Positions 22,297 through 34,774 of a stretch of DNA of 64,000 bases are shown here, piece after piece. A model generated the notes under the pieces. It was not told where the DNA came from, did not search any database, and was given only the letters and a program-made list of their open reading frames with translations. A program made the translations under genes and the position numbers. Source of the stretch: Blepharisma stoltei ATCC 30299 (taxonomy: Eukaryota > Protista > Ciliophora); NCBI GenBank assembly GCA_965603825.1, contig CBFDEM010000035.1, forward strand, positions 558,001 through 622,000. The letters run 5' to 3'. Every line of letters begins with the position of its first letter. Position 1 is the stretch's first letter.

Positions 22297-23508
22297 TTAA
22301 TTATCCCACATAATGAGGGTTCCGTTTGAATGACCTGTGTAAATTGATCCATAATATTCATCATACGCCAAAGTCGATACGTTGACAAGCAGCCTATCAG
22401 CAACAATTTCTGCGATGCAAGTCCCACTCATGAGCTCTAAGACTTTTATGACTCCACTGCTTTTCCTATCATTTCTTGTTACATTAGAAGGCCTTCCCGG
22501 TGTTCTAGATTCGCTACAGCATATCAACAGCAAGTCTTGCTTCCTTGTTACATACAGTCTACTCGGAACATAAGCTCTTATACTTGTGCATAACGGCGCA
22601 TGAAAAGTTTTAAGCAAATTCCCTTGAAAATCCCACAGCTCAATAATTCCAGCCCTTAAAGCAAGGAATTTCATTTTTTCCTGAAGGAATATAAAAGCCT
22701 GTGGAGAGAAGAAATTTGCAACCAAAATGTGCGTCGATTGCAAAAGATCAAAAATCACCAAAGGCTCTCCAGCTTGTTTAAGGAGCAAGAATTGATTAAA
22801 TAGCTCAAGTAGTTCAATCATTCTAACAGGCTTTATAGGAATTTGGTAAACATTAAGCAAGTGGCCGTTAGCAATCGACACAAGCTTTGAAGTTAAAACT
22901 CCGCCCTGAGGCCCATAAACTAAAAGAACAAGATCTGTGCTCAGCCTGATTTCTTCCACCAGAGGGTCTGCAATTTGGAAAGCCAAGGAGTAATTATTCA
23001 TTCTCCAGAACTTAAAACTGCCTCTTGTAGCTGATCTCGTAAGGATAATTTGGTTTGTGTCGTCAAATTCTATAAAGCCTGGAGTCCTTAAATCTTCGTC
23101 TTTAAATATCGGTACGCTTTCTAAGGCTCCTTTTTCTATAGATTCCATTGGATAGGACCTGCATATGAGTCTTCCGTCGAGATCTTCGTCTCGGAGCGTT
23201 ATCAGGATTACTGATTGATTTGCTTTATTATAAAATAAAGTCCTCGTTTTTTCACTCTCACCTGTTAAATTAAACAGTTCTTTGCATGTGACCTTGTCTA
23301 AGACAAGGCAACATCCTCTATTTGTAATAACAAATAAAAATGAGCTCGTTGGAATTATTTCAGAAATTCCGCCTTTTCGGAGAGAATGCCTCTTGCTTGA
23401 GCTTGGGCTGATTGCTGTGAGGGATTTGTATTGATTTTTCATTTGAAAGTAACTGCATTCTAGCTGCCCTGTTTCTCTGAGGAAGAGAGAGTTTGGAATA
23501 TTGGTCAT
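22297..23508 (-). CDS. WD40-like protein of the conserved PGFxEFDDxN family
   Basis: RTLFYNKAN, LRTPGFIEFDDTN and terminal YTGHSNGTLIMWD. Probable ATG at 23508. Confidence 0.8.
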   Translation of the reverse strand: MTNIPNSLFLRETGQLECSYFQMKNQYKSLTAISPSSSKRHSLRKGGISEIIPTSSFLFVITNRGCCLVLDKVTCKELFNLTGESEKTRTLFYNKANQSVILITLRDEDLDGRLICRSYPMESIEKGALESVPIFKDEDLRTPGFIEFDDTNQIILTRSATRGSFKFWRMNNYSLAFQIADPLVEEIRLSTDLVLLVYGPQGGVLTSKLVSIANGHLLNVYQIPIKPVRMIELLELFNQFLLLKQAGEPLVIFDLLQSTHILVANFFSPQAFIFLQEKMKFLALRAGIIELWDFQGNLLKTFHAPLCTSIRAYVPSRLYVTRKQDLLLICCSESRTPGRPSNVTRNDRKSSGVIKVLELMSGTCIAEIVADRLLVNVSTLAYDEYYGSIYTGHSNGTLIMWDN

Positions 23509-23808
23509 TTTAATTTTTAAATTTATTTTGGGGGAATTAAGTTTTTTATCAAAATGGAAAAATGTGGAAATAAGAATATAACTGATAGCCCTATATAAGA
23601 ATATCATTCAATTGCAACGCTTTTATCCTCTGCTCTTAATCACAACTGCCATCTTAATTCTTACATTCCATGCAAACATATACATAACAAAAAGTCTCCT
23701 AAAACCCCTAAAATTTTCCACCAAATGATAGATTTTCAATATTAATTAATTTCTCATCCACCCATCATATTATTTAAAAATCAACCAAAACTATTTTTCA
23801 GATAAATA

Positions 23809-26001
23809 ATGGAATATGAAGGATTAAAAACTGAAATGAAGCTTCTCAAGCCTTGTACCAAAAGTCTCACCGATCTCGCAAATCAATTTTTCATAACAGA
23901 CGCATCAACAGCTACAGGCCGTCACCAATCAGCTACTAGAAGATCATCTCAAAAATTTTCATCACCAAAAATGTTTTTAAACGTCATAGATGGCTCCAGT
24001 AAACAAATCATCACAATCCCTGACAAAGAAAAATATTTTATTGACAAAGCCAGACCTGTCACTGCAAGTTTCCAAAAAAATACTTCAAAACAAATTTTAG
24101 GTATACATTCTCAAATTGGCCATAGCAATAATTCAATTATTGCCTCAAAAAAGACGAGTGATGAAGACTTATTGAGATACCTGAAATCAATAAAATGCTT
24201 AAAAGAGCTGAATACTGATATAGAAATCAACTATTTGTTAGCAAATTCCAACCCAAAGTCATCATTTTTAAAAAGTGTGGATTCATTTTTAAATAAATTA
24301 CACTCAGATATCATGATCTCAGCAGACCAAACCCCTTCACAAATTCTTAGCTTAAATAGAGAAGCAATAATCCAAAAACACAAAGAATATTTAGGACTAT
24401 TAAGACAGCTTTACAAAGAAAACCCAGATTCTGTTTATACCATGTCATATGAAATCATTTGGAGATTTGCAATAAAGCTGTTTGACAATGCCCTGATTGT
24501 CCACGACTATCAAATTAGTGCATTAGAAGAATCATATAAATATAAGATGAAAAGAACTGTAGATAAATACGAAATAGAGATTTTGAAGCTAAAAGAATCT
24601 TTGAATAGCCATCAATCTGATGCTCAAAGAGACGAAGACAAGCTGAAACAAAGAATTGATGTATTGAAAGAAGAAATTTATAATTTGACACAAATTATCG
24701 AAGAAAAAGAAAATACTATAAAAAAAATGCTTGAGTTTGATACTAGGGAGTATACATTATTGAGGGTCGGAAAAATGATTAAAGGACTTGGAAATTTTAC
24801 AGCTGAAATTGAAGAGGAAAATAGCTCACAGTTAAAAATTTTGAGCAGTCTTTCGGGGTTAATTAAGGCTCAGACAAGCTGATTGGCGAGTGCGAAAAGA
24901 TGCGCAATTGAGATACAAACTGATTGAAGTCTGCCTCAGCTGCATAATGTATTACCAGAGCACGATTTTCCAATAATTTATAATAATTATATCAGTAGAA
25001 TCGCTTCAAAAGCTGGCCAAGAATTCAAAATCATAAATGAAACAGATGCAATAGAGCTATGTGAGTCAATCTTATACGAGCTAAACTCAACTTGCAAATT
25101 TGATGAGATCCTTGCAATGAATTTAATCAAAAAGTTCCCAATAGACCAAAAGCTAATTTCCCATACTTCTGGCTTATGCTGCCAGCTCTTAACAAACCCA
25201 AAAAACTGAGCCAAATTCTACCGAAGACTAATATTTTCAAACCCAAAGCTTTCTGATGCTGAAAATTCCTACATCAAAGACATTTTCAATATTATAAGAT
25301 CCTGTAGGCTTGACAAAGCTGACCAATTTTCTTTAAAAGACGCTATCAAATGCACACAAACTATTTTTTGCAAAGACAAAGCCAAAGAATTTGAGATTTT
25401 CAACAGTCTTATTTTTAGAAACACAGAATCATTCGAAGAATCAAGCTCGCTTGAAATTTTTTTAATAAGACTAGCCCAATCGATGACAGGAGAAAAAAAA
25501 GATCTTCACAAATCATTAAATGCATCTGTATCTAAAGCCGAATTATTTGAATATATCAGTTCTCTAGGCATGTGAATGTGTGAAAGCGAGCTCGAGAATC
25601 TTTGGAACTATTTGGATCCATTTGCAAAAGGGGAAATACAAATATATATGCTTATGAATAAATTAAATATCCCTGAAATGCTAATAAAGTCCAAGCTGAT
25701 GTTTGTAGAAAAATATGAATATTTAAATAAAGCCCTGGATTTGTGGGAAAAATGCTATGAAGCAAGGAAAAAACAGCTGATAGGCTTGATTTCGTGTAAA
25801 ACATATGAAGAGTGCCAATTTTGTTTAAAAAAACTCAATATCGTTGCAGATTCTGAAAGAATTAAAAAAATTCTCTTGGAAAATTTTATGTGCAGCACTT
25901 TTGATGAAATAATTGATAAATGCAAATTAATTGATGGAAATTTAATACAAATTACAGAAAAAGTATTTAAAAAGAGAAAAAATGTACAGAAAAAGAAATA
26001 A
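23809..26001 (+). CDS. Large coiled-coil protein (730 aa), unknown function
   Basis: Single frame with TGA=Trp at 24880, 24925, 25207 and 25573; ends TAA. Confidence 0.78.
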
Positions 26002-26020
26002 TCTAATGTAATGAATTAAA

Positions 26021-27223
26021 TTAGCTTGATTTAACATTTTTTCTGGCTTCATTTAATAAAGAAATAAATTGGGTTTGGGATCTGTCAGTGTCTAGTTTTC
26101 TTTCCATAATATCTAGTGCAAAAGAAAGGACTTCTTTAAACTGAGGCATCCTGCCTGGCTTCTTTGCCTGGAAAACAGGAAGCACATGTGTATGGACAAC
26201 TGCTTGCCACAGTGAAACCTCTTTTTCAATACTATCAAGCCTTTGTTTTAAATACGCCACATAAGAGCACAAAACTTCTTTGGATTCTCTATACTGTTGT
26301 ACTTTTTGCACAAGAGTCTTATTAAAAGAGTCCTTAATTTGTTTTTTAAATTCTTCATATTCTGCTTGCAGACTCATTAATGCAGTGTCTTTTTGGGTCA
26401 GTTTTTCTTCAATAGAAACAGTCCTTTGTGTATAGTCTTTTTCTGCTGAGTCGCACTGAGCTTTTAAGATTTCGATTTGGTTTTCATATTCTTTTATTTG
26501 TTTATCTCTTTGACCCATTTGCTTTTTCTTGCTTTGGTCTTCGCTTGTTTTCTTATCAATTTCTTCAGTCAAGTGCTTGATTTGGTCATTTAAAATTTGG
26601 CGTTCTTGTTCTAATGATTTTATTTTATTTTTAAATTTTTTGGTGTCTTCGTTTTCAATAATGCCTTCGTCGCTGGAATTGTCGATGGCTGCGCCTTCGA
26701 AGTGAACTTCGCTTTTAGATTTTTTTAAAAGGTGCTTTTTAAGATCGTTTATTTCTTCATCTAGGGATTTTATGGATTTTTCGCTTGCCATTTCGTCACT
26801 GCCTATAAGCAAGCTAACTCCTCTTACCCACATATCGCGCTCACGGTCTGTAGGGGCGACAATATCAACGTTTCTCTGCTTCAATTTAATTGTGAAGCAA
26901 AGATTTTCTGAGTCGTTTTTCAAATTCATTGATGATACCTTGCATGAAAACTCAGAATTCCCTATTACTACATCGTTTATATCATTAATTGAAAATCTGC
27001 GAAGTTTTCTATTAGAATTTTCAATTTTTCATTGAAAATATTTCAAGTCCGGAGATATTGAAAACTCTCTTGGGTGTTTCTTTCCATTATTATATGCATA
27101 TTTATTCATGACTGTTCCTGATATAAGCCTCCGAAGTAGCTTGGACTCCTCAAACCCTTTTAATGACTCTTCCACAAGTCGATCTTTGCAGATGAAAAGC
27201 TGATTAATTAGATCTTTTGCCAT
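26021..27223 (-). CDS. PH-domain + coiled-coil protein (400 aa)
   Basis: KHPREFSISPDLKYFQ(W=TGA 27029) and VAPTDRERDMWVRGV are PLC/Num1-type PH motifs. Confidence 0.82.
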
Positions 27224-27261
27224 TTATATTACTTTATTCTTGTTATTTAATGTATGCAAGC

Positions 27262-27531
27262 TTAATTTTGAGTATTATGGGCTCATAATTCATAGATCGC
27301 AATGGCATCTATGACTCAACCAGCCGATCAATATCTTACATTGTAATTGATAAAAGTCCAATGTAATTTGAGATATTTCAATAAGTCTCCTTCTTGATCA
27401 GTATCGCCGAAGAAATGATATTTGGCGATATCATCATAGATAGCAAAGGCATCCACGACACATTTGGCCAATTCTTATAACACCCCTCACAATTTCTATT
27501 GGAGTTGAGTGTAAAAATTGTTTTCATCCAT
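27262..27531 (-). pseudogene. Interrupted 90-codon reading frame (or antisense of a structured RNA)
   Basis: AAAAATATG start; MDENNFYTQLQ*KLWGVL*ELAKCVVDAFAIYDD...DAIAIYELWAHNTQN*, with internal TAG (27496) and TAA (27475). Confidence 0.35.
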
Positions 27532-27598
27532 ATTTTTATCTCACTAATCCCTAAAAATTATTTTCATTACTCTTAAATATCAATAATTTCTTCCAGCT

Positions 27599-28226
27599 TT
27601 ATCTGTACTTATCTAAAATGCTTTTAGCCTGCCCTTCCATGCTCCCCATAACAGTTTTCTGTTTTATAATTTCCTCTTCTTCTGCTTTCCTTAAATCATT
27701 AGCAATTTTTTCAGCATCTAAATAGGCTTCTCTTTCCTTAGCTTCTCTTTGTTCTTTTAAAATATTTGGGTCAATTTTCATTTCTACTTCTTCTTCAACG
27801 TCTATTGAAGGGGCTTCAGGGGATTTTCTACCGTCTGGTAAGCCTCCAGGGACTTCTTTGAACTCTTCTGGCTCTTCAATTTGGTTTTGGTCGATTTGGA
27901 ATGCCTGTTCCTGTTCAGGTTCTTTATTATTTTCTATAACTACAGCAGGGACTACAGAAGGAGGGGCTTGGACTTCTGGATTTGCATTGGAATTATTGTC
28001 TTGGTTGGGCTTTTTCTCTTGGATTGTTGAAGGCAGTTCTGGCTTTTTACGGTTAGAGCCTTTTACTCGCTCTGCTTGGGATTTGAGGACTCTGCCAAAT
28101 CCTTCTAGAACTTCGGGTGGGAGCTTTTGATTGGGATCTGATTTAGAATTTACTAGGTGGCATTTGTCTAGCTTTCACGCTGTAAGAGCTAACGGCTGAT
28201 GCTGATTTATGTTGTCCACTACCCAT
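27599..28226 (-). CDS. 203-aa Pro/Glu-rich protein with MGSG start (possible N-myristoylation); one 16-nt intron
   Basis: Removing intron 28138-28153 joins ATG 28226 to the track ORF 27599-27781. Confidence 0.8.
28138..28153 (-). other. 16-nt spliceosomal intron
   Basis: GTAAATTCTAAATCAG; removal restores the frame and removes TAA; A at -6. Confidence 0.85.
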
Positions 28227-28659
28227 TTTAGATTTATTAAAAGTCTCCCTTGGATGTTTCGGAAATATAAAAAGGCGATTAAATGGTAAAAACTGTGAAA
28301 GCTTGCTTAGTTTTTATCTCATTATGTGGATGAAATGCATTTCAAACTAATTAATGCACAATAAAGCTTATTAATTAGTAACTTAGTACTAATGCACTTA
28401 GTTAATAATACCGATTTCATTTTAAAATTAAATAAGATATGCCTGCAAGGCTGTATACTTTAATAGAATGATCTATGGATATCAAATTTTGATAAAATAA
28501 TTAGTAGGATCCAAAAGGCTCGAAGACTATTTTATAGCAGGTATGTTTTGGTTTTTGCAAAAATTATAAAGTTGCTTGACAGATATTTTTGTTATTGATA
28601 TAAATTATCGAGAATATTCAAAGGCTAAACTGCTAATGTAATGATTAGTTTAATAATAA

Positions 28660-29160
28660 ATGCTAAATTTTAGTAAGAGATTTTATAAAAGTGTATATCG
28701 ATACCCTTATGTCGGCGACAATAAATCGTTCAAACCACAAAAAGCATTAGTGATAACAGGCTCTTTAGTATTTATAGCAACCTATCTAATTTACAAGCAA
28801 GTAAGTAAAACAAGAAAAAGTCGCGAATTGTTCTCATCAAACTATAAAGAAGTAGACCCTGAAATGCTTGTTCCAAAGCTTGAGAAAATGAAAAAAATTG
28901 ACGAAGTTAAACTTAAAGAAGCAATTTTAGACGGCGATAAGTTCATTCGTGATGAAATAAGAAAAAAAATTGCCATCACTCCAGGAGAATATGCATTTCT
29001 TCACTTAAAAGGAGTCAAGGATAAAACAGGATTTATGAAATTTGTTGATAGAGCAGTTATCAGCTCAATGAAAGCACAAGGAAATGATATATTTGAGTAT
29101 AAAAGACCTCCGATTAACAAAAATCTTAATATAATGAATAAGAAATCATCTTCAACATAA
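28660..29160 (+). CDS. Probable mitochondrial single-TM protein
   Basis: MLNFSKRFY presequence-like start; TM ALVITGSLVFIATYLIY. Confidence 0.7.
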   Translation: MLNFSKRFYKSVYRYPYVGDNKSFKPQKALVITGSLVFIATYLIYKQVSKTRKSRELFSSNYKEVDPEMLVPKLEKMKKIDEVKLKEAILDGDKFIRDEIRKKIAITPGEYAFLHLKGVKDKTGFMKFVDRAVISSMKAQGNDIFEYKRPPINKNLNIMNKKSSST

Positions 29161-29546
29161 CATTGAATCTAAAATAAAATTAATTTTATATATGAGAAGT
29201 TTTGACACTGTTTTATGCAATAATTTAGTAATAAAGATAAATTTAATCAAATCGATAATAAAAAGGGTAGAAGTTGGGCTGATGCTTGCTTTTCTTTTCT
29301 TCAAAAAGCTCAATAACTGAACACAAAGCCAAATTCTCAATCTTTCTGGTACTTATATTAGTCAATTACAGTCAATGAACAGATTATGAAGATAATATCA
29401 GGTTTAGCCTAAAAATTTTCCTTTCCCTAAGTTAATTTAATATGCTTTTGCTAAGCTTCATTCTTCTCTCTTTCTCATACTAAACTTAATACAACAAATT
29501 AATGATCCCATAATCCTATTGATTTGCAAACTAATATTAATTTAAT

Positions 29547-32219
29547 TTAAATTTGAGGCCTTGACTGAACTACAAATATCTTCCCCCCTTTTATGACTCC
29601 TTCAATATCCTGTGGCACACCATTAAATATATTTTCCACCAAAATTCCAATTTCTTTCAATTTGAAAATAATATCTTTGCAGAATCCAAAATCTATATAA
29701 ATTTTTTCATTGCCATAAGATACTATTTCTTCTTCAGTTTCCTTCATAATTATACTATCAAAAAGTCCAGCTCCTGCAAACTCAGGCAAGTCTTCAGAGT
29801 TTGAGTCAGATCTAAATATGAATCCTGACCCTCTTAATGCAACTGATTTATTTGGAAAGCTTTCAATTTGATAATCATTATTATTTTTGCTGACTGTAAA
29901 CGAAAATGCACGGCCCTCATAAGCTCCAACTAGGGTTTCACCAAGCCCTAGGACTAATTCTCCGTAAATATGAGAAGAATCATTAGTAAATGGGTCTTTT
30001 GTGTGCAAAACATAAGCATATTCTCCTACTATCACTTCTTGGCAAAGTACTGACATTATAATATCATTTAATGGGATTCTTAATTTTGCAGTGCTTAAAT
30101 AAGCTCTTTCATTGAACTTGCTAGCCCATACTTTTTTAATTGCAAGGAATGCTGCTTCCCAGTCTTCTTTAGCTATGCCAATACTTTCTAATTTTTCTTG
30201 AATTTCATTCATTTCGTGTTCAGGCATCTCTAACTCTAAAATAACTTTCTTTAAATCGCTTAAATCTTCTGCTATTTCTTTATTATGCTCCATTTCTTCA
30301 AGTCTTCCGATTAGCTCTCTATATTTATTAGTTTTTTCTTCATTAATCATATGAGAAATCACATACTCACACCCTCCATAAGGGATTGCAACTTGTCTTG
30401 GGACTCCAAAATGCTCAGGAAGATTTCTCTTTAAAATTTCACAATTATTAGCTTTTGCCCCAACTTTTCTTTCATTAAACTGATCAGAAGATATAGCAAT
30501 AAATTCTAATGGCTCAGGTCTTTTGATTTGCTGAGCATCATATCTCTCATTTTCTTCTTCTTCAAATCTTTCTTCTTGTGCTGACTTTACTATAATTATC
30601 CCTCCTTGAGAAGTCACACAGATTCATTGATCGACATATTTTTCTATATTTTTTATTTCCTCCTCATTAAAACAAACAGCTAGCAATTTTTTCTGATTTC
30701 TGGCCCTTACAGAAACATGTGCGAGGCCATCAAGTTCTCCACAAGAAATTACCCCAAGGACTCCTTCAGGAATTTCTTCTTCTCCGAATGTTTTTTTCGA
30801 TAAAATAATAGTAGGCTCATTATAAATGTTATAAGCTACATCATGAAGTAATTCGACTTTTATTAGCTTTCCTTGGATTTTTGAAATGGGGCTGATAATT
30901 TGCCAAGGTTTTAGCTTTGCAATTCCTCTGAACTGTGCATCTAGCTTCCTCAAAATCATTGATGGGGCAAAAAAACAGGATGCTCTAATTATTTCTTCGC
31001 TGAAAAAATCAACAAAATCTTTATCAATTTTGCAACGTTCGCCAATTGTTTTTGCTTTAGGCTGAAATAGGCTACTAAAATCATCTACAGCAACACCTAT
31101 GATCCTGCCAATTCTGTCAGCCGCTGATTTCAGCACCAATGCGATTTCACGATTTCCTTCTAAATTATTTGCATATCTTTTCGCTAGCGATTTCCAATCA
31201 TTTACAGCAATAATCAATTCTTTATCCTCATTTGTAATCAAAGCATTATCCAATAGCAAATTTAGCTCTCTAATATAATGTCTCGGAGCCATATTTCTAT
31301 GTAAAATTGATTCAAATAGTTGCCTGATATACATTTCTAAGCTCAAATCGACATACAAAAGTTCTCTATATTGATAATTATTCCCTTTATTTCCATGATA
31401 ATTAATTTCAAGCCTCGCCCACACAGCTCTCTCAATTTGACTGATTGTATCCCAATGATGTAAATTTCTGAGCACATCATCTATTTTTACATGCATAAAT
31501 GGAGTAAAACAATGCCTGGCATGCTCTATACTTGTGATTAAATCAGCCCCTGAGTGGACTGATTTTAAAGTCTTCAAGAAATCTCTGAAATCATTAATTA
31601 AATAAGGCGTGTAGTTAGGCTGGGTTGTGATTGGTCTTTCAAAGGACGCTAATCTATCTCTAGTAATCCCATGACTATGTAGAACTTCTCAGTATTTATT
31701 CATGTTGCCTGTTTCCCAATATGCAATGGTCGCCTCACAAATTCCGATATCATCTGGAGTTGTATTGTTGTGCAACTTTTGATGCCATTGCTCAAGATAA
31801 GTGCCATAAGTCTCACCAATTCTATGCCTGTGCATTATTTCTAAGATTTGGTCACGAATTCTCTGTCCATAATCACCGCCTCTTCCAAAACTTCCTAAAA
31901 TGCTACGTAATATTCATGCGGGGGATACAAAGCCTTGCTTGCTGGCTTTCGCAATTAATTCTGTTACGGTGAATGCTAAATTTTTCTGGCTTGCAGCTAA
32001 TTCTGAAGGCCTTGTGTTGTATTTTCTTTGCCAATCTAATTTCCGCAGTTCTGAATACCTCATCCATACATAAATCCATGCAAGGCTTTCTAGATCGGAG
32101 TTTCCTATGATTTTCATTCATTTATTACAAAGATTACACCGATGCATTAAGGTCCAAGAGCCATACTCGCTCTCTGCTTTACATATTTCATTGACCATAT
32201 CAGCAACTTTCCCTTCCAT
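29547..32219 (-). CDS. GWD: Alpha-glucan water dikinase (GWD/R1), 890 aa, no N-terminal CBM
   Basis: GQRIRDQIL, EQWHQKLHNNTTPDD, LKSVHSGADL, phospho-His LAHVSVRARN, FRSDSNSEDL..FAGAGLFDS and VVQSRPQ. TGA=Trp at 32118, 31914, 31689 and 30624. Confidence 0.95.
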
Positions 32220-32653
32220 TTTTATTTTAATTAATCTGATGTAAGTATCCAGCTCTAAAAAAACAATGGTGCAGTTTAAATGGTTTTGAATTAAATGAAA
32301 ATTTGTGCAACTTGATAAAATAAAAGATTGGGCACAGATAAAGATTTAATTAATTTTGCGATATATAAACTGGGAAAGAAGTCGGAATGGTATTAGGAAA
32401 AATCATTTAGTAAATTAAGGCAAATTTAATCTGCAAGTAAAAATTAATTAAATTTTCCTCATGCTATCTCAATTATTTTTAGCATCATTGTATATACCAA
32501 GATTAATAATTATCTTTCAAGCTTTGCCCTTAAAATTATTTTAAAAAAATCTCAGACTTCACTGTTTCTTTCAAAATTTTCCTTTGAAAACTACCTGACC
32601 AGATATGAATAATCCTCATAGTGTCAATATGCTAAACTAGAATCTTTATAAAG

Positions 32654-33235
32654 ATGGAAGCTTCAAGCAAGTATCCTCTTCAAAGAACATGGGTTCTCTG
32701 GGAAATGTGGGACACCAGAAACACTGCAAATTTTCTAGATAACATGAAAATCATTGGCAAGTTCGATACTCTCTGATCATTTTGGCAGCACTGGTCTAAC
32801 CTCCCTCACGCTGATCCTTCCTATCTCTTTACCGAAGAAAGCAACATGCAGAAAAACTTTGAAGGGATGACTCAGCCTATCGAAGCTATTGGGATTTTTG
32901 AAGAAAATATCGTCCCAGCATGGGAAGACGAAGTAAATAAATTCGGGTCTGATTTTTCTTTCAAAAGGCCTTATAATCGTGAAGAAATAAAAAATATTTG
33001 GACCCGTCTTGCTTATGCTTTAATCGGAGAAACTTTTTTCATGCCAGAACAAATTACAGGAATAAGGATTGTTGATAAAGGAAAAGTCACGAAATATGAA
33101 ATTTGGGTAAGATTTGATGGGAAGGTAGATCCTTCTAAGAATAGTGAGTTTGAAGCAAGAATTAGAGAGCTTCTCCCTGGGATTGAAATTAACGTGACTG
33201 ACCCAGGATGGTCTTCTCATCATCATAGAGTTTAA
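32654..33235 (+). CDS. eIF4E: eIF4E family cap-binding protein (193 aa)
   Basis: YPLQRTWVLW, SFWQHW, IVPAWED, LIGETF, ITGIRI and EIW; TGA=Trp at 32774. Confidence 0.92.
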
Positions 33236-33275
33236 ATATAAACTATATTAGGGTTTTAATTGTGATATTAGAAAA

Positions 33276-34268
33276 ATGAGCTTTATCAGCCCAAAGAAAT
33301 TCTCCAGGCTTGGAAAGGTGTATGATTTTGCGGGGAAAAATTACTGTGTGAGGGAAAAAAGTGAGCCACCTCCGCTTTTGAAACAAATTAGTGCCGAAGA
33401 TGTGGAAAAAGAATTGAAAAAAGTTCAAAAAGAAATCGATTTATTAGAGAAAACTGGGAAAGCTCATAGTAGGCACTCTTCATGCTTTTTATCCCCATCC
33501 AGAGAGAAGTTAGAAAAAATAAACGTAAAATTTATACAGAAACCTTCAAATCTTGAATCTCCTCCTTCTACCAAATACAATCCAAGAATCAATTTTCTTC
33601 TGCCTCGAGTACCTGAAGTATCAATACTCAGATCAGTTTCTGGATTATCCAGAAATCAAAAAATCTATATCCCAACCTGTGTTGATACCGAAGACCTTAC
33701 CTGTCATTATCCTGTAAAACGAAAAAATACTTTGAATTCAGAAATTAGCTATATAGATTTCAATGCGTTGAGGAAAAAAATTAAGCAAAGGACTACTGAA
33801 GAAAATACCTTAGATTCTTCTTGGTCTTCAAGAGCCTCTCTGTCGTTTGACAAACAATTACCAAGAAAATACACATCATCTTCTCAAATTGAAGCCCGTT
33901 TCGAAACAGTTAATTTTCCTAAACTTTTTTCCAAGTATAAAAGTTCCCCAAGTGTTGATTTCGGTAAAATTTCCCCAAGAAAGGAACCTCAAAAGTCTTT
34001 CACCCCGTCTCCTTATATATTTTCTGATAAAATCATCAAGCGAAAAGCCAACATTGGCGCTTATGATATGAGCAAAGCAGTTGGGGTTCGTTTTTCGCCA
34101 GAAAAATATAAAGTTGACACTATAAATCAAGACAAAGTTGCAAAAGCTTATAATATAATTCTTCCAAAAACCCATATATCTACTCCAAATTTTGAAAAAA
34201 TTACAGCAAGAGCTCATAAGCATATATCCAAAGAAGAGGACAAAAAGTATATTTATGAAATTTTATAA
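33276..34268 (+). CDS. Basic Ser/Pro-rich protein, unknown function
   Basis: 330-aa ORF with PPSTKYNP and repeated F-x-K-x-x-P-R motifs. Confidence 0.75.
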   Translation: MSFISPKKFSRLGKVYDFAGKNYCVREKSEPPPLLKQISAEDVEKELKKVQKEIDLLEKTGKAHSRHSSCFLSPSREKLEKINVKFIQKPSNLESPPSTKYNPRINFLLPRVPEVSILRSVSGLSRNQKIYIPTCVDTEDLTCHYPVKRKNTLNSEISYIDFNALRKKIKQRTTEENTLDSSWSSRASLSFDKQLPRKYTSSSQIEARFETVNFPKLFSKYKSSPSVDFGKISPRKEPQKSFTPSPYIFSDKIIKRKANIGAYDMSKAVGVRFSPEKYKVDTINQDKVAKAYNIILPKTHISTPNFEKITARAHKHISKEEDKKYIYEIL

Positions 34269-34281
34269 TATTACTAATCTT

Positions 34282-34659
34282 TTAAGCTCACTCAATAAAT
34301 TCTCCCCAAAAGCTTTTTATCTGTTGCAGATGGCCTCCGTTTTCTCTTGAAATTTCTAAAGCTTTTTCTAATCTTTTGATTTTTTGGTTAAGGTCTTGTG
34401 TGATTCTTTGATTCCTGGCAGCTTCTCTTTGTTGCTCAATTGAAATTCTTTGTAGGAGCTGCTTTAGATCTAGAACTTTCTAATACAGCGAGTCTTTCTC
34501 AGACTCAATTCGGTTGATTTTCATCTGGATCAGATTGGCTTGTTCACCAAGCGAACTCTGATAGCTTTTAGATATGATTTTTGCTTCTGGGGCTATAGGA
34601 AGATGACGATCAGATGATGGCTTTATCTGAGCTTGCCAAGATTTAGCTGAGATCATCAT
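34282..34659 (-). pseudogene. Coiled-coil frame with one in-frame TAG
   Basis: MMISAKSW...EKDSLY*KVLDLKQLLQRISIEQQRE...; 126 codons with TAG at 34480-34482. Confidence 0.55.
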
Positions 34660-34774
34660 TCTAAAATGAGATCTTTACAAGCCCCATATTCAGAATAAAA
34701 ATGTAAGAATTGAGCAGAATTAATTTCCAATTTAAATTCATCACAAATTCTTATAAATAAATGTTAGCTATTAT

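Noticed and set aside
27390-27440. SECIS-like ATGA..AAA..TGA stem on the minus strand
   Set aside because: The upstream gene (27599-28226) has no in-frame TGA and no selenoprotein motif; G-U pairs favour the other strand.
27478-27485. TAACACCC as a telomerase template or telomere repeat
   Set aside because: Only one 8-nt unit with no alignment extension and no tandem telomeric array.
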